DNA of 64,000 nt from Verrucomicrobiota bacterium (GCA_050010675.1 JBEKKN010000001.1:7465-71464), one strand, 5' to 3'; shown: positions 1 to 9,622, numbered from the stretch's first letter. Numbers and translations: made by a program. The notes: generated by a model not told the origin, from the letters alone.

Positions 1-3
1 TCA

Positions 4-357
4 TCAAATATCGGATTCCTGGTGGCGCGACTTGGAGCGGGCGGCGACCCTGTGCTTTTTCGCCTTTTGTTTGCCGTGACGCTTCCGAATCTGCTGCTCA
101 ATCTTCCTCGTCACCTGATCAATGGCCGCATACAAATCACTTTCACGGTCTTCGGCAAATAAATCCGGTCCCCGTACGCTCAGCCGCATGGAGCAGGAGA
201 ATTGCTTTTCGGGCGCCCGCGTGTGGTCGTGTTCGAGGGTGACGCGGGTGTCAACGGTGCGTTGGTCAAAATGGTCGAGTTTTTCCAGCCGCTTGAGCAC
301 ATGATCCTCGATGGCCTTGGTCAGCGTCACATTGTGCGTCGAAAGAATCAATTTCAT
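4..357 (-). CDS. hpf: ribosome hibernation promoting factor / sigma-54 modulation protein family (short type with basic C-terminal tail)
   Basis: 117-aa ORF. MKLILSTHNVTLTKAIEDHV...LEKLDHF and DLYAAIDQVTRKIEQQIRK fit the HPF/RaiA (S30AE) family. It lies next to rpoN. Confidence 0.85.
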   Translation of the reverse strand: MKLILSTHNVTLTKAIEDHVLKRLEKLDHFDQRTVDTRVTLEHDHTRAPEKQFSCSMRLSVRGPDLFAEDRESDLYAAIDQVTRKIEQQIRKRHGKQKAKKHRVAARSKSRHQESDI

Positions 358-479
358 GATTCAATGATGGATTTAAACGCCGATAAAATCCAGTATTTAC
401 CAACGGTCCACCGGGCGCAGCGTATAGTGTGCCATTTTCGCTTGTGCTTTAATGAAACTGAGTTAAAATTAAATTGTCG

Positions 480-2000
480 ATGGCGCAAAGCTTACAACTC
501 TCAGCCCGTCTCACCCAATCGCTGGTGCTGGCTCCCCAGCTCCAGCAGTCGTTGGCCTTACTGCAGGCGCCCACCCTCGAATTGAAGGCGTTGATCGAGC
601 AGGAACTCCAGCAAAACCCGGTGCTCGAGGAAGTGTCCTCGCCCGAACCGGATATGGCTGACCGGTTGACCGCGGACGGGGAGGGACCGGATGGGCCGGC
701 GGATAATGCGGAACCGCCGGAGGAGGGCGCCAGCGAGGGCGCCAGTGATGCCCCGATCCTGAAAAATGGCGAGAGTGCCGATGCGCCGACGGATGATTTT
801 CAGCAGGAATTCGACCGCCTGGTACAACTCGACCAGGAGTGGCGCGACCATTTTGCGCAGACCAACATTCCCATCCGCCAGTCCACCGAGGATGAGGAAA
901 AGCGCCAGTTTATGTTCGATTCGCTGGCGGCCGGCACCACGTTGTCGCAGGTGCTCATGGACCAGGTGCGCGAGACGGATTTGGACGAGGAACAGCGCCA
1001 TGTCGCGGAACTGATCATCGGCAACATTGACGATTACGGCTATCTCAAATCAACGGTCCAGGAAATGTCGACCGCCACCAATCTGCCGGTGGAGACAATT
1101 TCCGACGTCCTCAAGGTCATCCAGACGTTTGATCCGCCGGGCGTTGGCGCGCTGGATCTGCGCGAATGCCTCGTGCTGCAACTGCAACGGACCGGTCGGC
1201 AGGATTCCCTCGAATACCGCATTGTACGCGATTTCATGGATGCGCTCGGCAAACGGCGCATCCCGGAAATCGCCCGCGGCACCGGCTACACGGTCGAGGA
1301 GGTCCAGGACGCGCTCGGGCGCATCGGCCGCCTGGAACCAAGGCCAGGCCGGGCCTTTTTGCCGGACACCGACCAATACGTTCTGCCCGAGGTCTTCGTG
1401 CAAAAGGTGGCCAATGATCTTCTGGTGAGCACCAACGACGAGCATATCCCCCATTTGCGCATCAGCAACATCTACAAAGACCTCATGTCAGGGGGCGAGA
1501 ACAACGCCGAGGTGAAAAATTACATCCGCGAAAAAATCCGCGCCGGAAAATTTCTCATCAAAAGCCTGCACCAGCGCCAGCAGACCATCCTGAACATCGC
1601 CAAGGAAATCGTGAAGCGCCAGCGCGAGTTCATGGAAAAGGGCGTCGCCCATTTACGGCCGATGACGATGGCGCAGGTGGCCGAGGTGGTCGGGGTCCAC
1701 GAAACGACGGTAAGTCGTGCCGTATCCGCCAAATACATGCAGACGCCGCAGGGCGTGTTCGAGATGAAATTCTTCTTCACCGCCGGCCTGCAGACCGCCA
1801 GCGGTGACGGCGTGTCCAATACCAGCGTCAAAGACATGATCGCTGACATCTTCAAAAACGAGGAGTCCACCAAGCCGTTGTCCGATCAGGAGGTTGTGAA
1901 AATGCTGGAGGACAAGGGCATCAACATTGCGCGCCGCACCGTTGCCAAATACCGTTCCGAATTGAACATCCTGCCGTCGAACCTCCGTAAGGTTTACTGA
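480..2000 (+). CDS. rpoN: RNA polymerase sigma-54 factor
   Basis: The ORF is 474..2000 and ATG 480 gives MAQSLQLSARLTQSLVLAPQLQQSLALLQ (region I). It has an acidic region II, a C-terminal HTH, and an RpoN-box-like ARRTVAKYR. Confidence 0.95.
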   Translation: MAQSLQLSARLTQSLVLAPQLQQSLALLQAPTLELKALIEQELQQNPVLEEVSSPEPDMADRLTADGEGPDGPADNAEPPEEGASEGASDAPILKNGESADAPTDDFQQEFDRLVQLDQEWRDHFAQTNIPIRQSTEDEEKRQFMFDSLAAGTTLSQVLMDQVRETDLDEEQRHVAELIIGNIDDYGYLKSTVQEMSTATNLPVETISDVLKVIQTFDPPGVGALDLRECLVLQLQRTGRQDSLEYRIVRDFMDALGKRRIPEIARGTGYTVEEVQDALGRIGRLEPRPGRAFLPDTDQYVLPEVFVQKVANDLLVSTNDEHIPHLRISNIYKDLMSGGENNAEVKNYIREKIRAGKFLIKSLHQRQQTILNIAKEIVKRQREFMEKGVAHLRPMTMAQVAEVVGVHETTVSRAVSAKYMQTPQGVFEMKFFFTAGLQTASGDGVSNTSVKDMIADIFKNEESTKPLSDQEVVKMLEDKGINIARRTVAKYRSELNILPSNLRKVY

Positions 2001-2089
2001 GAACTTCGTTGCCGGCTGGACTGTGAAGTGGAAAGGGCTGCGCAGGCCGTTTTGGTTGAAGGTTTTTTAGACTTTTGTGGGTCAGGCTT

Positions 2090-2554
2090 TCATTTCTTTG
2101 CCATTGCCACAGCCGTCACGCGTTTAAAAAACTCGTAAATTCCCTTGTCTCCCATGCTTCGTGCGTTGGCGAGTTCTCCCTCCCGGGTGACATACAGCAC
2201 CTGGTTCCTGGCTGAGATGATCGCCACAGCCGGGATACCTTTTTCCAATGGCACGCCATACGACTTGGCAATATCAAGATTCTTGTCCCAATGACCAACG
2301 TTCACTTTGACGAGCTTGAAGTCCCGTGACAGCAGTGGTGCGCTGGCCCCGTTCTTCATGGCGGAATCCAACATTTTGCAGTCTCCGCACCAATTCGCGC
2401 CAAAGACGATGATAATTGGGGTCTGCGCTGGGGCGGCCTCGGTCAACGCCTTTTGGATATCGAGTTTGGCATCGGCCGTTTCGTTGTAGGGATTGTCCGT
2501 GGCAGTGGCAACCATCGCAAGGAACACAAAGAACAGCGCGTTGAGCAATTTCAT
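2090..2554 (-). CDS. secreted thioredoxin-fold protein
   Basis: Start trimmed to ATG 2554, which gives the signal-like MKLLNALFFVFLAMVATA. It carries the thioredoxin-type motif FGANWCGDCKML. Confidence 0.8.
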   Translation of the reverse strand: MKLLNALFFVFLAMVATATDNPYNETADAKLDIQKALTEAAPAQTPIIIVFGANWCGDCKMLDSAMKNGASAPLLSRDFKLVKVNVGHWDKNLDIAKSYGVPLEKGIPAVAIISARNQVLYVTREGELANARSMGDKGIYEFFKRVTAVAMAKK

Positions 2555-2731
2555 AGATGTTCGATCATGCCGTCTGACACTCCAGTGCCCGACCCCGGCC
2601 TCTGTCTCCGTTCCGAAGACTCGACCGGACGGGCTGACGATCCGCAAAATGGATCACATAGGCAATCTGGATTCTAAAATGTCAAAACTCAACCATTTTG
2701 AATGACGCCAGGGCGGTGTCCGGCTGCCTGG

Positions 2732-3025
2732 TCAAAGATGTAGAAGGTAAACCGGTGCCAGGGCAGCGAGCGCAGCAACGACTTGCAGGGCCAGCATCAA
2801 CAGCGCAGGTCGAGGCGCCTGCGGCAGCCATCGGATGACAAAGAATGCCAGAATCGGCACCTGTCCGGCCATCAGCAACTGCCAGAGATGCGCAGCACCT
2901 CCCTCGTCCGTCTCACGGGCTGCGCCGAATCTGGCAACGTGAACCAGTATGATGGCAAGCGCAGCAAATGACATGGCCACAGGCAGGAGCGCACTCGGCT
3001 TCCCAAACATGGTTAAAAAAGTCAT
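2732..3025 (-). CDS. hypothetical small membrane protein (3 predicted TM segments)
   Basis: 97-aa hydrophobic ORF with no recognisable family. It fits the gap between its neighbours. Confidence 0.5.
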   Translation of the reverse strand: MTFLTMFGKPSALLPVAMSFAALAIILVHVARFGAARETDEGGAAHLWQLLMAGQVPILAFFVIRWLPQAPRPALLMLALQVVAALAALAPVYLLHL

Positions 3026-3118
3026 ACGCCATCAACTTTGTATCACAAAGTGAGTGGTGTCAAGCGCGTTTTATGCGAATGCATGGAGCTGCTTGATGTT
3101 CCTGCTCAGGTACGCGGC

Positions 3119-3796
3119 TTAGCTCGAGATGCCGATCTCTGCCAGCAACGCCTTGATGCCGTTCCAGGTGATCCCCACCCCGATACAAAGCATGATGAAC
3201 GCCGAGAGCCGTACCACCACCATCATGCCCGTATGCCCGATCCATCGGCCGAGCCGCTGGGCATAGCGATACGTCAAAAGAATGGACAAGGCGATGATGC
3301 CCGCTCCGATAACGGCGGCGAGCAGCTGAATGACGGCATGTTTTAACGAGTGTGCGTGATTGGCCCCGACGGTAATCGCGACGGAAATGACCCCGGCATC
3401 AATCGTCATCGGCAAAGTCAGCGGGGAGAAGGCCCGCCCCAGCGCGATGAGCTTGGCGTGGATCGGGTCTGGTGTCACATCGGCCGGTTTGGGGAGGTCG
3501 GCCAGGAGTTTCCAGCCCAGCGCGCACACCACGGCCCCACCCGCCACCTGCACCACCGGTATCGAAAGGCCGAACATCAGCAGGACGAACGACCCCAACA
3601 ACAACGACCCCAGCACCATAAAAAACGAGTAGAATGCGATGCGATTCGCGAGAAAGGCCCGGGTGGGTTCATCGCACCCTGGCGTCATTCTCAGGAAAAG
3701 CGGCGCATCGCCCAGCGGATTAACCACGGGCAGCAGGGCGCCAATAATCAGCAAGATGGCTCCGATCAGTTGGGCGAGGTCGGACCAGAACATCAT
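3119..3796 (-). CDS. MarC family (UPF0056) integral membrane protein
   Basis: 225 aa and multi-TM. The N-terminal LLPVVNPLGDAPLFL motif is typical of MarC/NAAT family proteins. Confidence 0.8.
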   Translation of the reverse strand: MMFWSDLAQLIGAILLIIGALLPVVNPLGDAPLFLRMTPGCDEPTRAFLANRIAFYSFFMVLGSLLLGSFVLLMFGLSIPVVQVAGGAVVCALGWKLLADLPKPADVTPDPIHAKLIALGRAFSPLTLPMTIDAGVISVAITVGANHAHSLKHAVIQLLAAVIGAGIIALSILLTYRYAQRLGRWIGHTGMMVVVRLSAFIMLCIGVGITWNGIKALLAEIGISS

Positions 3797-4066
3797 GGGC
3801 GTATTTCTCAGATTTTTCTAAAGGCCCGCCGAACCCGTCACCGCTTTTGGCAACCGGTCAAAGACCGCACACCCGTGGCCTTCCTTGGTGAATGGGGACA
3901 CCCTGTTGACACCCCCCGGCCAGGCCAACCCTGCCGGGCTGGAGGGTGGATTTATTGTTCATGTCCGGAATTGAAGTTTGTGGCCTGTGATTAAAATGAA
4001 CCGGACTTTCTGGCTTTGGAACGCGGCTGGGTCTTAAAGACCAGCCGCGTTCCGGGTGCTCACAAA

Positions 4067-4612
4067 TCATGCTGACACCGCAGATTTTTCCGTACTGGCG
4101 GGTTGATGGGATTCCAACGCTTCCGGGTTGGTGCGACTGATGATTTCGCGTGCGTGAACCGTTTCCACGTCGGAGCCGTGGGCGATCAGGACGTACTTGC
4201 CGCTCTTCACCGCCGTCTCGTATTGCAGAATGCTGTTCTTGGGAATTCCCATGCCGTAAAGTCCGGCTCCGAGGGCGCTCAATCCACCCACCACCACGGC
4301 GCCTTCCAGGGCCCCAACAATCCAGCCAACCAGCGGTCCGGCCACGAGCAACGGTCCGACGCCGGGAACCAAAAAGAACGCGGAGCCAAAGAGGAGGCCC
4401 CAAAACCCGCCCCAGAAGGCTCCCAGCTTACCCCAGTATTTCATGCGGTCACCGGTATTGTAATAGCCAGTCACGTTTTCATCGGTGTGATAGTCACGGC
4501 CGATGATGGATAGTTTTTTCATGTCAAAGCCCGCCTGCTGGAGTTCCTTCACGCCAGTTTCGGCTTCGATGTGGGATTTATAAATCGCCACCACAGAATT
4601 GTTTTTGGTCAT
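4067..4612 (-). CDS. general stress protein 17M (YflT)-like domain membrane protein
   Basis: Start trimmed to ATG 4612 (MTKNNSVVAIYKSHIEAETGVKELQQAGFDMKKLSIIGRD). YflT-like N- and C-terminal domains flank a glycine-zipper TM core (FWGGFWGLLFGSAFF). Confidence 0.7.
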   Translation of the reverse strand: MTKNNSVVAIYKSHIEAETGVKELQQAGFDMKKLSIIGRDYHTDENVTGYYNTGDRMKYWGKLGAFWGGFWGLLFGSAFFLVPGVGPLLVAGPLVGWIVGALEGAVVVGGLSALGAGLYGMGIPKNSILQYETAVKSGKYVLIAHGSDVETVHAREIISRTNPEALESHQPASTEKSAVSA

Positions 4613-4674
4613 AATAGTTTTGCGTTTTTTAGTTTTTTGCCAAGGACAGGTTAGCCCGTTGCCAGGCTTTCGCC

Positions 4675-4720
4675 ATGGGGTTAACACCCCATTTCATCCG
4701 TCGGTCGCGCGACGTATGGT
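4675..4720 (+). promoter_or_regulatory. candidate promoter, site a: ATGGGGTTAACACCCCAT-N22-TATGGT
   Basis: One of 8 orientation-locked copies of the dyad/ACCCCAT element, with a fixed 22-nt spacer to a -10-like hexamer. ATG 4732 lies 11 nt downstream. The site is a perfect 7+7 dyad. Confidence 0.55.
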
Positions 4721-4731
4721 CGAGGACAATT

Positions 4732-6189
4732 ATGACGACATCGCTTGCCATGCCACCGCCGACTCCAAAAAAAACATCCCTCAAACCCACGAAAACACTG
4801 AAGACCAAATCGTACCAGAGCGTAAACCCTTACAACGGCAAGACCTTCAAGACGTTTGAGGAACTGACCGACCCGCAACTCGAAACCGCCATCCAGACCG
4901 CCGCGACCTGTTTCGCTACCTGGCGGAACAAAACGTTCGCCGAACGCGCGGCCATTGTTGCCAAAGCCGCCGCGCTCATGCGGGCGCACGCGGATGATTT
5001 CGCCAAACCCGTGACGCTCGAAATGGGCAAGCTTATCGGCGAGTCACAGGGTGAAGTCGCTTTGAGCGCGGACATCATTGATTACTACGCCAGGAACGCG
5101 GAACGATTTCTCGCCACGCAAAAGCTCCAACCAGCTTCGGGCGAAGCGGAAATTGTCAGCACTCCGTTCGGTGTGCTCTTTGGCGTGCAACCGTGGAATT
5201 TTCCCTATTACCAGCTGGCGCGTTTTGCCGCGCCCAATCTTATGGCGGGCAACGTCGTGATGGTGAAGCATGCGGGATGCGTGCCGCAATGCGCCATCGC
5301 CTTTGAAAAACTGTGGCGGGATGCGGGTGCGCCGGCCGGGGCCTACACCAATCTGCTGATTTCGTATGAACAGGTGAAGCGCGTGATCGATGATCCGCGC
5401 ATCAAGGGCGTGGCTTTGACTGGCAGCGTCGAAGCCGGAAAAAGGGTCGCCGCGAGAGCCGGACAAAATCTCAAGAAGTCCACCATGGAATTGGGCGGCA
5501 GCGACGCCTTCATCGTGCTCGAGGATGCTGATCTCGACAAAACGGTCAAATGGGCGGTCTGGGCCAAAATGAATAATACCGGCCAGTGCTGTGTCGCGGG
5601 AAAGCGATTCATCGTCGTCGAAAAGCTGGCCGACAAATTTCTGGAGATGTTTCAGGCCGCGCTGGCGGATCTAAAGCCGGGCGATCCGATGGACGAGGCG
5701 ACGTCACTCGGTCCGTTGTCCACCGAAGCGGCCCTGGTGCAGCTGCTGGGTCAAATCAAGGGTGCCGTCGCCAAGGGAGCCAGGTTGTTGATGGGTGGCA
5801 ACCGGATTGATCGGCCTGGTTCATTCATGGAGCCGACGATTCTCACTGATATCAAACCTGCCAATCCCGCGTTCCGGGAGGAATTTTTCGGACCGGTGGC
5901 ACTGTTCTTCCGCGTGAAAAACGAAGATGAAGCCATCGCGCTCGCCAACGATTCGGATTTTGGACTGGGCGGCGCGGTTTTCACCAGGGATGTCGCACGC
6001 GGCAAACGCGTGGCGAATCGCATTGATACCGGCATGGTATTCATCAATCACCCGACCTGGACGACGGCGGATCTGCCGTTCGGTGGCATCAAGAACTCCG
6101 GATATGGACGCGAACTTTCCAGCCTGGGCATTCAGGAATTCGTAAACAAAAAACTGGTGCGCGTGGCTTTGATTGACGACGCCGCCTGA
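4732..6189 (+). CDS. NAD(P)-dependent aldehyde dehydrogenase (succinate-semialdehyde dehydrogenase-like)
   Basis: ALDH family signatures MELGGSDAFIV and NNTGQCCVAGKRF (catalytic Cys). Start set to ATG 4732 (MTTSLAM), downstream of site a. Confidence 0.9.
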   Translation: MTTSLAMPPPTPKKTSLKPTKTLKTKSYQSVNPYNGKTFKTFEELTDPQLETAIQTAATCFATWRNKTFAERAAIVAKAAALMRAHADDFAKPVTLEMGKLIGESQGEVALSADIIDYYARNAERFLATQKLQPASGEAEIVSTPFGVLFGVQPWNFPYYQLARFAAPNLMAGNVVMVKHAGCVPQCAIAFEKLWRDAGAPAGAYTNLLISYEQVKRVIDDPRIKGVALTGSVEAGKRVAARAGQNLKKSTMELGGSDAFIVLEDADLDKTVKWAVWAKMNNTGQCCVAGKRFIVVEKLADKFLEMFQAALADLKPGDPMDEATSLGPLSTEAALVQLLGQIKGAVAKGARLLMGGNRIDRPGSFMEPTILTDIKPANPAFREEFFGPVALFFRVKNEDEAIALANDSDFGLGGAVFTRDVARGKRVANRIDTGMVFINHPTWTTADLPFGGIKNSGYGRELSSLGIQEFVNKKLVRVALIDDAA

Positions 6190-7233
6190 ATGAGTCCCAT
6201 GAAACAGAAAATGAAGGTGGCCGTCGTGGTGCAGTTTGGAAAGCCTTTGGAATTGCAGGAATGGGATATCCCGACTCCGGGACCGGGCCAGATCCTGGTC
6301 AAGACCGAGGCGTGTGGGGTTTGTCACACGGATGTCCATGCTTGGCGCGGCGACTGGCCATTGAAACCGACGCTTCCATTCATTCCCGGTCATGAGGGCA
6401 TTGGACCGGTCGTCGCCGTTGGCGCGGGTGTGACCATCGTGAAAATGGGCGACCGCGTCGGAGTGCCGTGGCTCTACTCGGCGTGCGGTCATTGCGAGTA
6501 TTGTTTGTCCGCTTGGGAGACGGTGTGCGCTGATGCGCAGTTCGGCGGCTACACCCGGAATGGCGGCTTTGCTGAATACATTCTGGCCGACCCAAATTAC
6601 GTTGCCCACATACCGGCCGGGCTAGAATCGACGGAAGCGGCGCCGATCATCTGCGCCGGTCTCACCACGTATAAAGGCATCAAGGAAACCGGAGCGAAAC
6701 CCGGTGAATGGATTGCCATTTCGGGCATAGGCGGCCTCGGGCATCTGGCGATCCAATACGCCAAGGCCATGGGTCTCCACGTTTGTGCCATTGACGTGGA
6801 TGACAGCAAACTCTCCCACGCCAAGTGGCTGGGGGCTGAACTCCTGGTCAATGCCAGGGCGGGCGACCCGGTCGCGGCCGTGAGGAAAGGAACCGGTGGG
6901 GGCGCGCATGGTGTTTTGATCACGGCCCCATCGCTGGGGGCTTTTAAACAGGGCGTGGGCATGACGCGCAAGCGCGGGACATGCGTGCTGAACGGACTGC
7001 CTCCCGGTGAATTTCCCACCCCGCTTTTTGATGTGGTGGCGAACTGCATTACCATCCGCGGTTCATTCGTCGGCACGCGCGCGGATATGGCCGAAGCGCT
7101 CGCCTTCGCGGCCGAGGGCAAGGTCACGGCCGACAACGAACTGCAACCGTTGTCGGCGATCAACCAGGTCTTGGAACGGCTGGAACAGGGCAGGGTGGCA
7201 TCACGCGTGGTCATTAACTTTGCCAAGAGTTGA
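6190..7233 (+). CDS. zinc-dependent alcohol dehydrogenase (AdhP-like)
   Basis: Signatures GVCHTDVHAWRGDW, GHEGIG and the structural-zinc Cys cluster CGHCEYCLSAWETVC. The ATG directly abuts the upstream stop. Confidence 0.9.
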   Translation: MSPMKQKMKVAVVVQFGKPLELQEWDIPTPGPGQILVKTEACGVCHTDVHAWRGDWPLKPTLPFIPGHEGIGPVVAVGAGVTIVKMGDRVGVPWLYSACGHCEYCLSAWETVCADAQFGGYTRNGGFAEYILADPNYVAHIPAGLESTEAAPIICAGLTTYKGIKETGAKPGEWIAISGIGGLGHLAIQYAKAMGLHVCAIDVDDSKLSHAKWLGAELLVNARAGDPVAAVRKGTGGGAHGVLITAPSLGAFKQGVGMTRKRGTCVLNGLPPGEFPTPLFDVVANCITIRGSFVGTRADMAEALAFAAEGKVTADNELQPLSAINQVLERLEQGRVASRVVINFAKS

Positions 7234-7280
7234 ACCGACAAATGATATTTCGTACATGACCTTGAAACTCGCGACGGCGC

Positions 7281-7997
7281 ATGAAACCGAAACCGCTGAT
7301 TAGCATCCAACAGCTGGAAAGGCACCGGAGTGGGCGGGCAGGGTGGTTACGCGCTGCCGTGCTCGGGTCGGACGATGCCATTGTTTCGACCGCGAGCCTG
7401 ATGATTGGGGTCGCGGCGTCCTCCGCTCCCAAGGCTGCCATTTTGGTCGCCGGCGTGGCGGGACTGGTTGCCGGAGCGATGTCCATGGCGGTGGGCGAAT
7501 ATGTTTCGGTCAGCTCGCAACGCGACGCGGAGCAGGCGGACATCGGACTTGAAAGCCGGGAGCTGGCGACGGAACCGCAAGCCGAATTGCAGGAGCTGGC
7601 GATGATTTATGTCAAACGCGGCCTGGAGCAGCAGCTCGCGATGAAAGTTGCAGAGCAACTTAGTGCGCATGACCGGCTCGGCGCCCACATGCGCGATGAG
7701 CTGGGAATTGATCAGGCATCGCTCGCGCGTCCGCTGCAAGCGGCGTGGATATCCGCCGCCAGCTTTGCAGGCTTTGCCGTGGTCCCGATCCTGGGCCTGC
7801 TGATTGCGCCCGCGGCTTTGCGCATTCCACTGATCGCAACGTTCTCGCTGGCGAGTCTCGCGGCGCTGGGTGCGTTTGGCGGTCACCTCGGCGGCGCGCC
7901 GCCCGGTCGTGCCGCGTTACGAGTCACCCTCGGTGGCACCCTGGCCATGGCCGTAACCGCCATCATCGGTCGAATCCTCGGCGTTTCCGTGGGCTGA
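7281..7997 (+). CDS. VIT1/CCC1 family iron/manganese transporter
   Basis: 238 aa. WLRAAVLGSDDAIVSTASLMIGVA, a central soluble helical region, and a C-terminal TM bundle are typical of the VIT family. Confidence 0.8.
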   Translation: MKPKPLISIQQLERHRSGRAGWLRAAVLGSDDAIVSTASLMIGVAASSAPKAAILVAGVAGLVAGAMSMAVGEYVSVSSQRDAEQADIGLESRELATEPQAELQELAMIYVKRGLEQQLAMKVAEQLSAHDRLGAHMRDELGIDQASLARPLQAAWISAASFAGFAVVPILGLLIAPAALRIPLIATFSLASLAALGAFGGHLGGAPPGRAALRVTLGGTLAMAVTAIIGRILGVSVG

Positions 7998-8073
7998 CCG
8001 ATGATGGACTACAAAATGACATCACTTGTGGTCCGCCAATTGGACCAGCCAAGCTCGCAAGAGAATAAAATTT

Positions 8074-8619
8074 ATGAAAACCGAATTTAAAAGGCCGCCG
8101 TCAACCAAACCGGAGCCTGATGTCATCGACGGGACCGCCGCTGCGGAATCGGACGCGCTCCTCAAGGATCTTGCCGAACAAAAGGATTTGCATTTGCGCC
8201 TGGCCGCTGACTTTGAGAATTTCAAGAAGCGCAGCCGGCAGGAAAGCGAGGCCCGGGCGGCCGCACAGAAGGAATCGTTCATCGTTGAGCTGTTGCCAGT
8301 CATTGACAATCTCGAACGGGCGTTGGCCGCCGGGGCGTCGCGAGACCCCGCGCAGTTTCATCAGGGGGTGGAGATGACTTTGAAACAATTGCAGCAATTG
8401 ATCCGTCGGCACGGCGTCGAAAGTGAGGAGATCGTCGGCAAACTGTTCGACCCGCACCGGCATGAGGCCCTTTCACAAGGCCACGACCCGGCCCAACCGG
8501 ACCAAGCCGTCCTCGAAGTGGTTCAGCGTGGTTACCATAAAGGCGCGAAGGTCGTTCGCCCGGCCAAAGTGGTGGTGAATGACCTGACCGCCGCCAAACC
8601 GCACCCTCATGGCCGTTGA
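8074..8619 (+). CDS. grpE: nucleotide exchange factor GrpE
   Basis: LRLAADFENFKKRSRQE and VVQRGYHKGAKVVRPAKVVV are GrpE signatures. Start set to ATG 8074. Confidence 0.9.
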   Translation: MKTEFKRPPSTKPEPDVIDGTAAAESDALLKDLAEQKDLHLRLAADFENFKKRSRQESEARAAAQKESFIVELLPVIDNLERALAAGASRDPAQFHQGVEMTLKQLQQLIRRHGVESEEIVGKLFDPHRHEALSQGHDPAQPDQAVLEVVQRGYHKGAKVVRPAKVVVNDLTAAKPHPHGR

Positions 8620-9607
8620 ATTCAAAGATTATTACCAGGTACTCGGCGTTACGCCCAAGGCGACGGACGACGAAATCAAGAAGGCTTTCCGCACCCTCGC
8701 GCGCAAGTATCATCCCGATGTCGCCAAAGACAAGAAGTCAGCGGAGGCAAAATTCAAAGAAATCAATGAGGCCAATGAGGTCTTGAGCAATCCGGAAAGC
8801 CGCCGGAAGTATGACCAGTTGGGCGCGGATTGGAAGACCGGCGGCCAGTCACGTCCACCGCCGGGTTACCCTGGAGGCCGGTCCGCCGGCCGGGACCATC
8901 ACGACCAGGAAGACGAGTTTCAATTTGAGGGCACCGGTTTCAGTGATTTTTTTGAACAGTTCTTTGGCGGACGCGCCGGCCGATCGCGGGGTGGTTCACC
9001 GTTTGAATCACAAGAATTTTCCAACGGCCATCAGCAACCACGGGCGGCATTGCGAGGACAGGACATTCAAGGCGACATTCTCATCACGCTTGATGAAGTG
9101 CTCAAGGGGGCGATGCGTGCCATTTCGGTGCGGCGCACCAATGCCCGCACCGGTCAGGAAGAAGTGGAAACCTATCAGGTCCGCATCCCGAAAGGGGTTC
9201 AGGCGGGTCAGTCGATCCGGGTTTCAGGCAAAGGTGGCGAGGGGGTGAACGGCGGCAGTGCCGGCGACATTTATTTGCGCGTGCGCTTTGCCCAGCATCC
9301 GGATTGGCAGGTGCGCGGTGCTGATCTGATGGGACATTTGGAGCTGGCCCCGTGGGAAGCGGTGTTGGGAGCGACCGTTCCCATGCGAACCTTGGAAGGC
9401 AGCGTTCTGGTCAAAGTCCCCGCCGGCTTTCAACAGGGACAAAAGCTGCGCGTCCGGGGCAAGGGATTGCCCGCTGGCGGCGTCAAGCGGGGCGATCTGT
9501 ATGTCGAGGCATCCATCCAAGTCCCCTCCCACATAGGCAAGGAGGAAGCTCGTTTGTGGAAGGAGCTGGCGTCCGGATCCGTCTTCGATCCGAGAAAGAC
9601 CACTTGA
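8609..9607 (+). CDS. DnaJ-class co-chaperone lacking the zinc finger (CbpA-like)
   Basis: J domain with HPD (YYQVLGV...ARKYHPDV), a G/F-rich linker and two C-terminal beta domains. There are no CxxCxGxG repeats. It overlaps the grpE end by 11 nt. Confidence 0.85.
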   Translation: MAVEFKDYYQVLGVTPKATDDEIKKAFRTLARKYHPDVAKDKKSAEAKFKEINEANEVLSNPESRRKYDQLGADWKTGGQSRPPPGYPGGRSAGRDHHDQEDEFQFEGTGFSDFFEQFFGGRAGRSRGGSPFESQEFSNGHQQPRAALRGQDIQGDILITLDEVLKGAMRAISVRRTNARTGQEEVETYQVRIPKGVQAGQSIRVSGKGGEGVNGGSAGDIYLRVRFAQHPDWQVRGADLMGHLELAPWEAVLGATVPMRTLEGSVLVKVPAGFQQGQKLRVRGKGLPAGGVKRGDLYVEASIQVPSHIGKEEARLWKELASGSVFDPRKTT

Positions 9608-9622
9608 TTCAAAAGCAGGGTT

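Noticed and set aside
3858-4403. A 181-aa arginine-rich minus-strand ORF.
   Set aside because: It overlaps the YflT-like gene in another frame and extends into the intergenic region. There are no supporting features.
5897-5912. Sigma-54 -24/-12-like strings: TGGCACTGTTCTTCCG here and TGGCACCACCTTTCTT at 42117..42132.
   Set aside because: Both are inside coding sequences and lack the TTGC -12 core. I found no intergenic TGGCAC-N5-TTGC despite rpoN being present.
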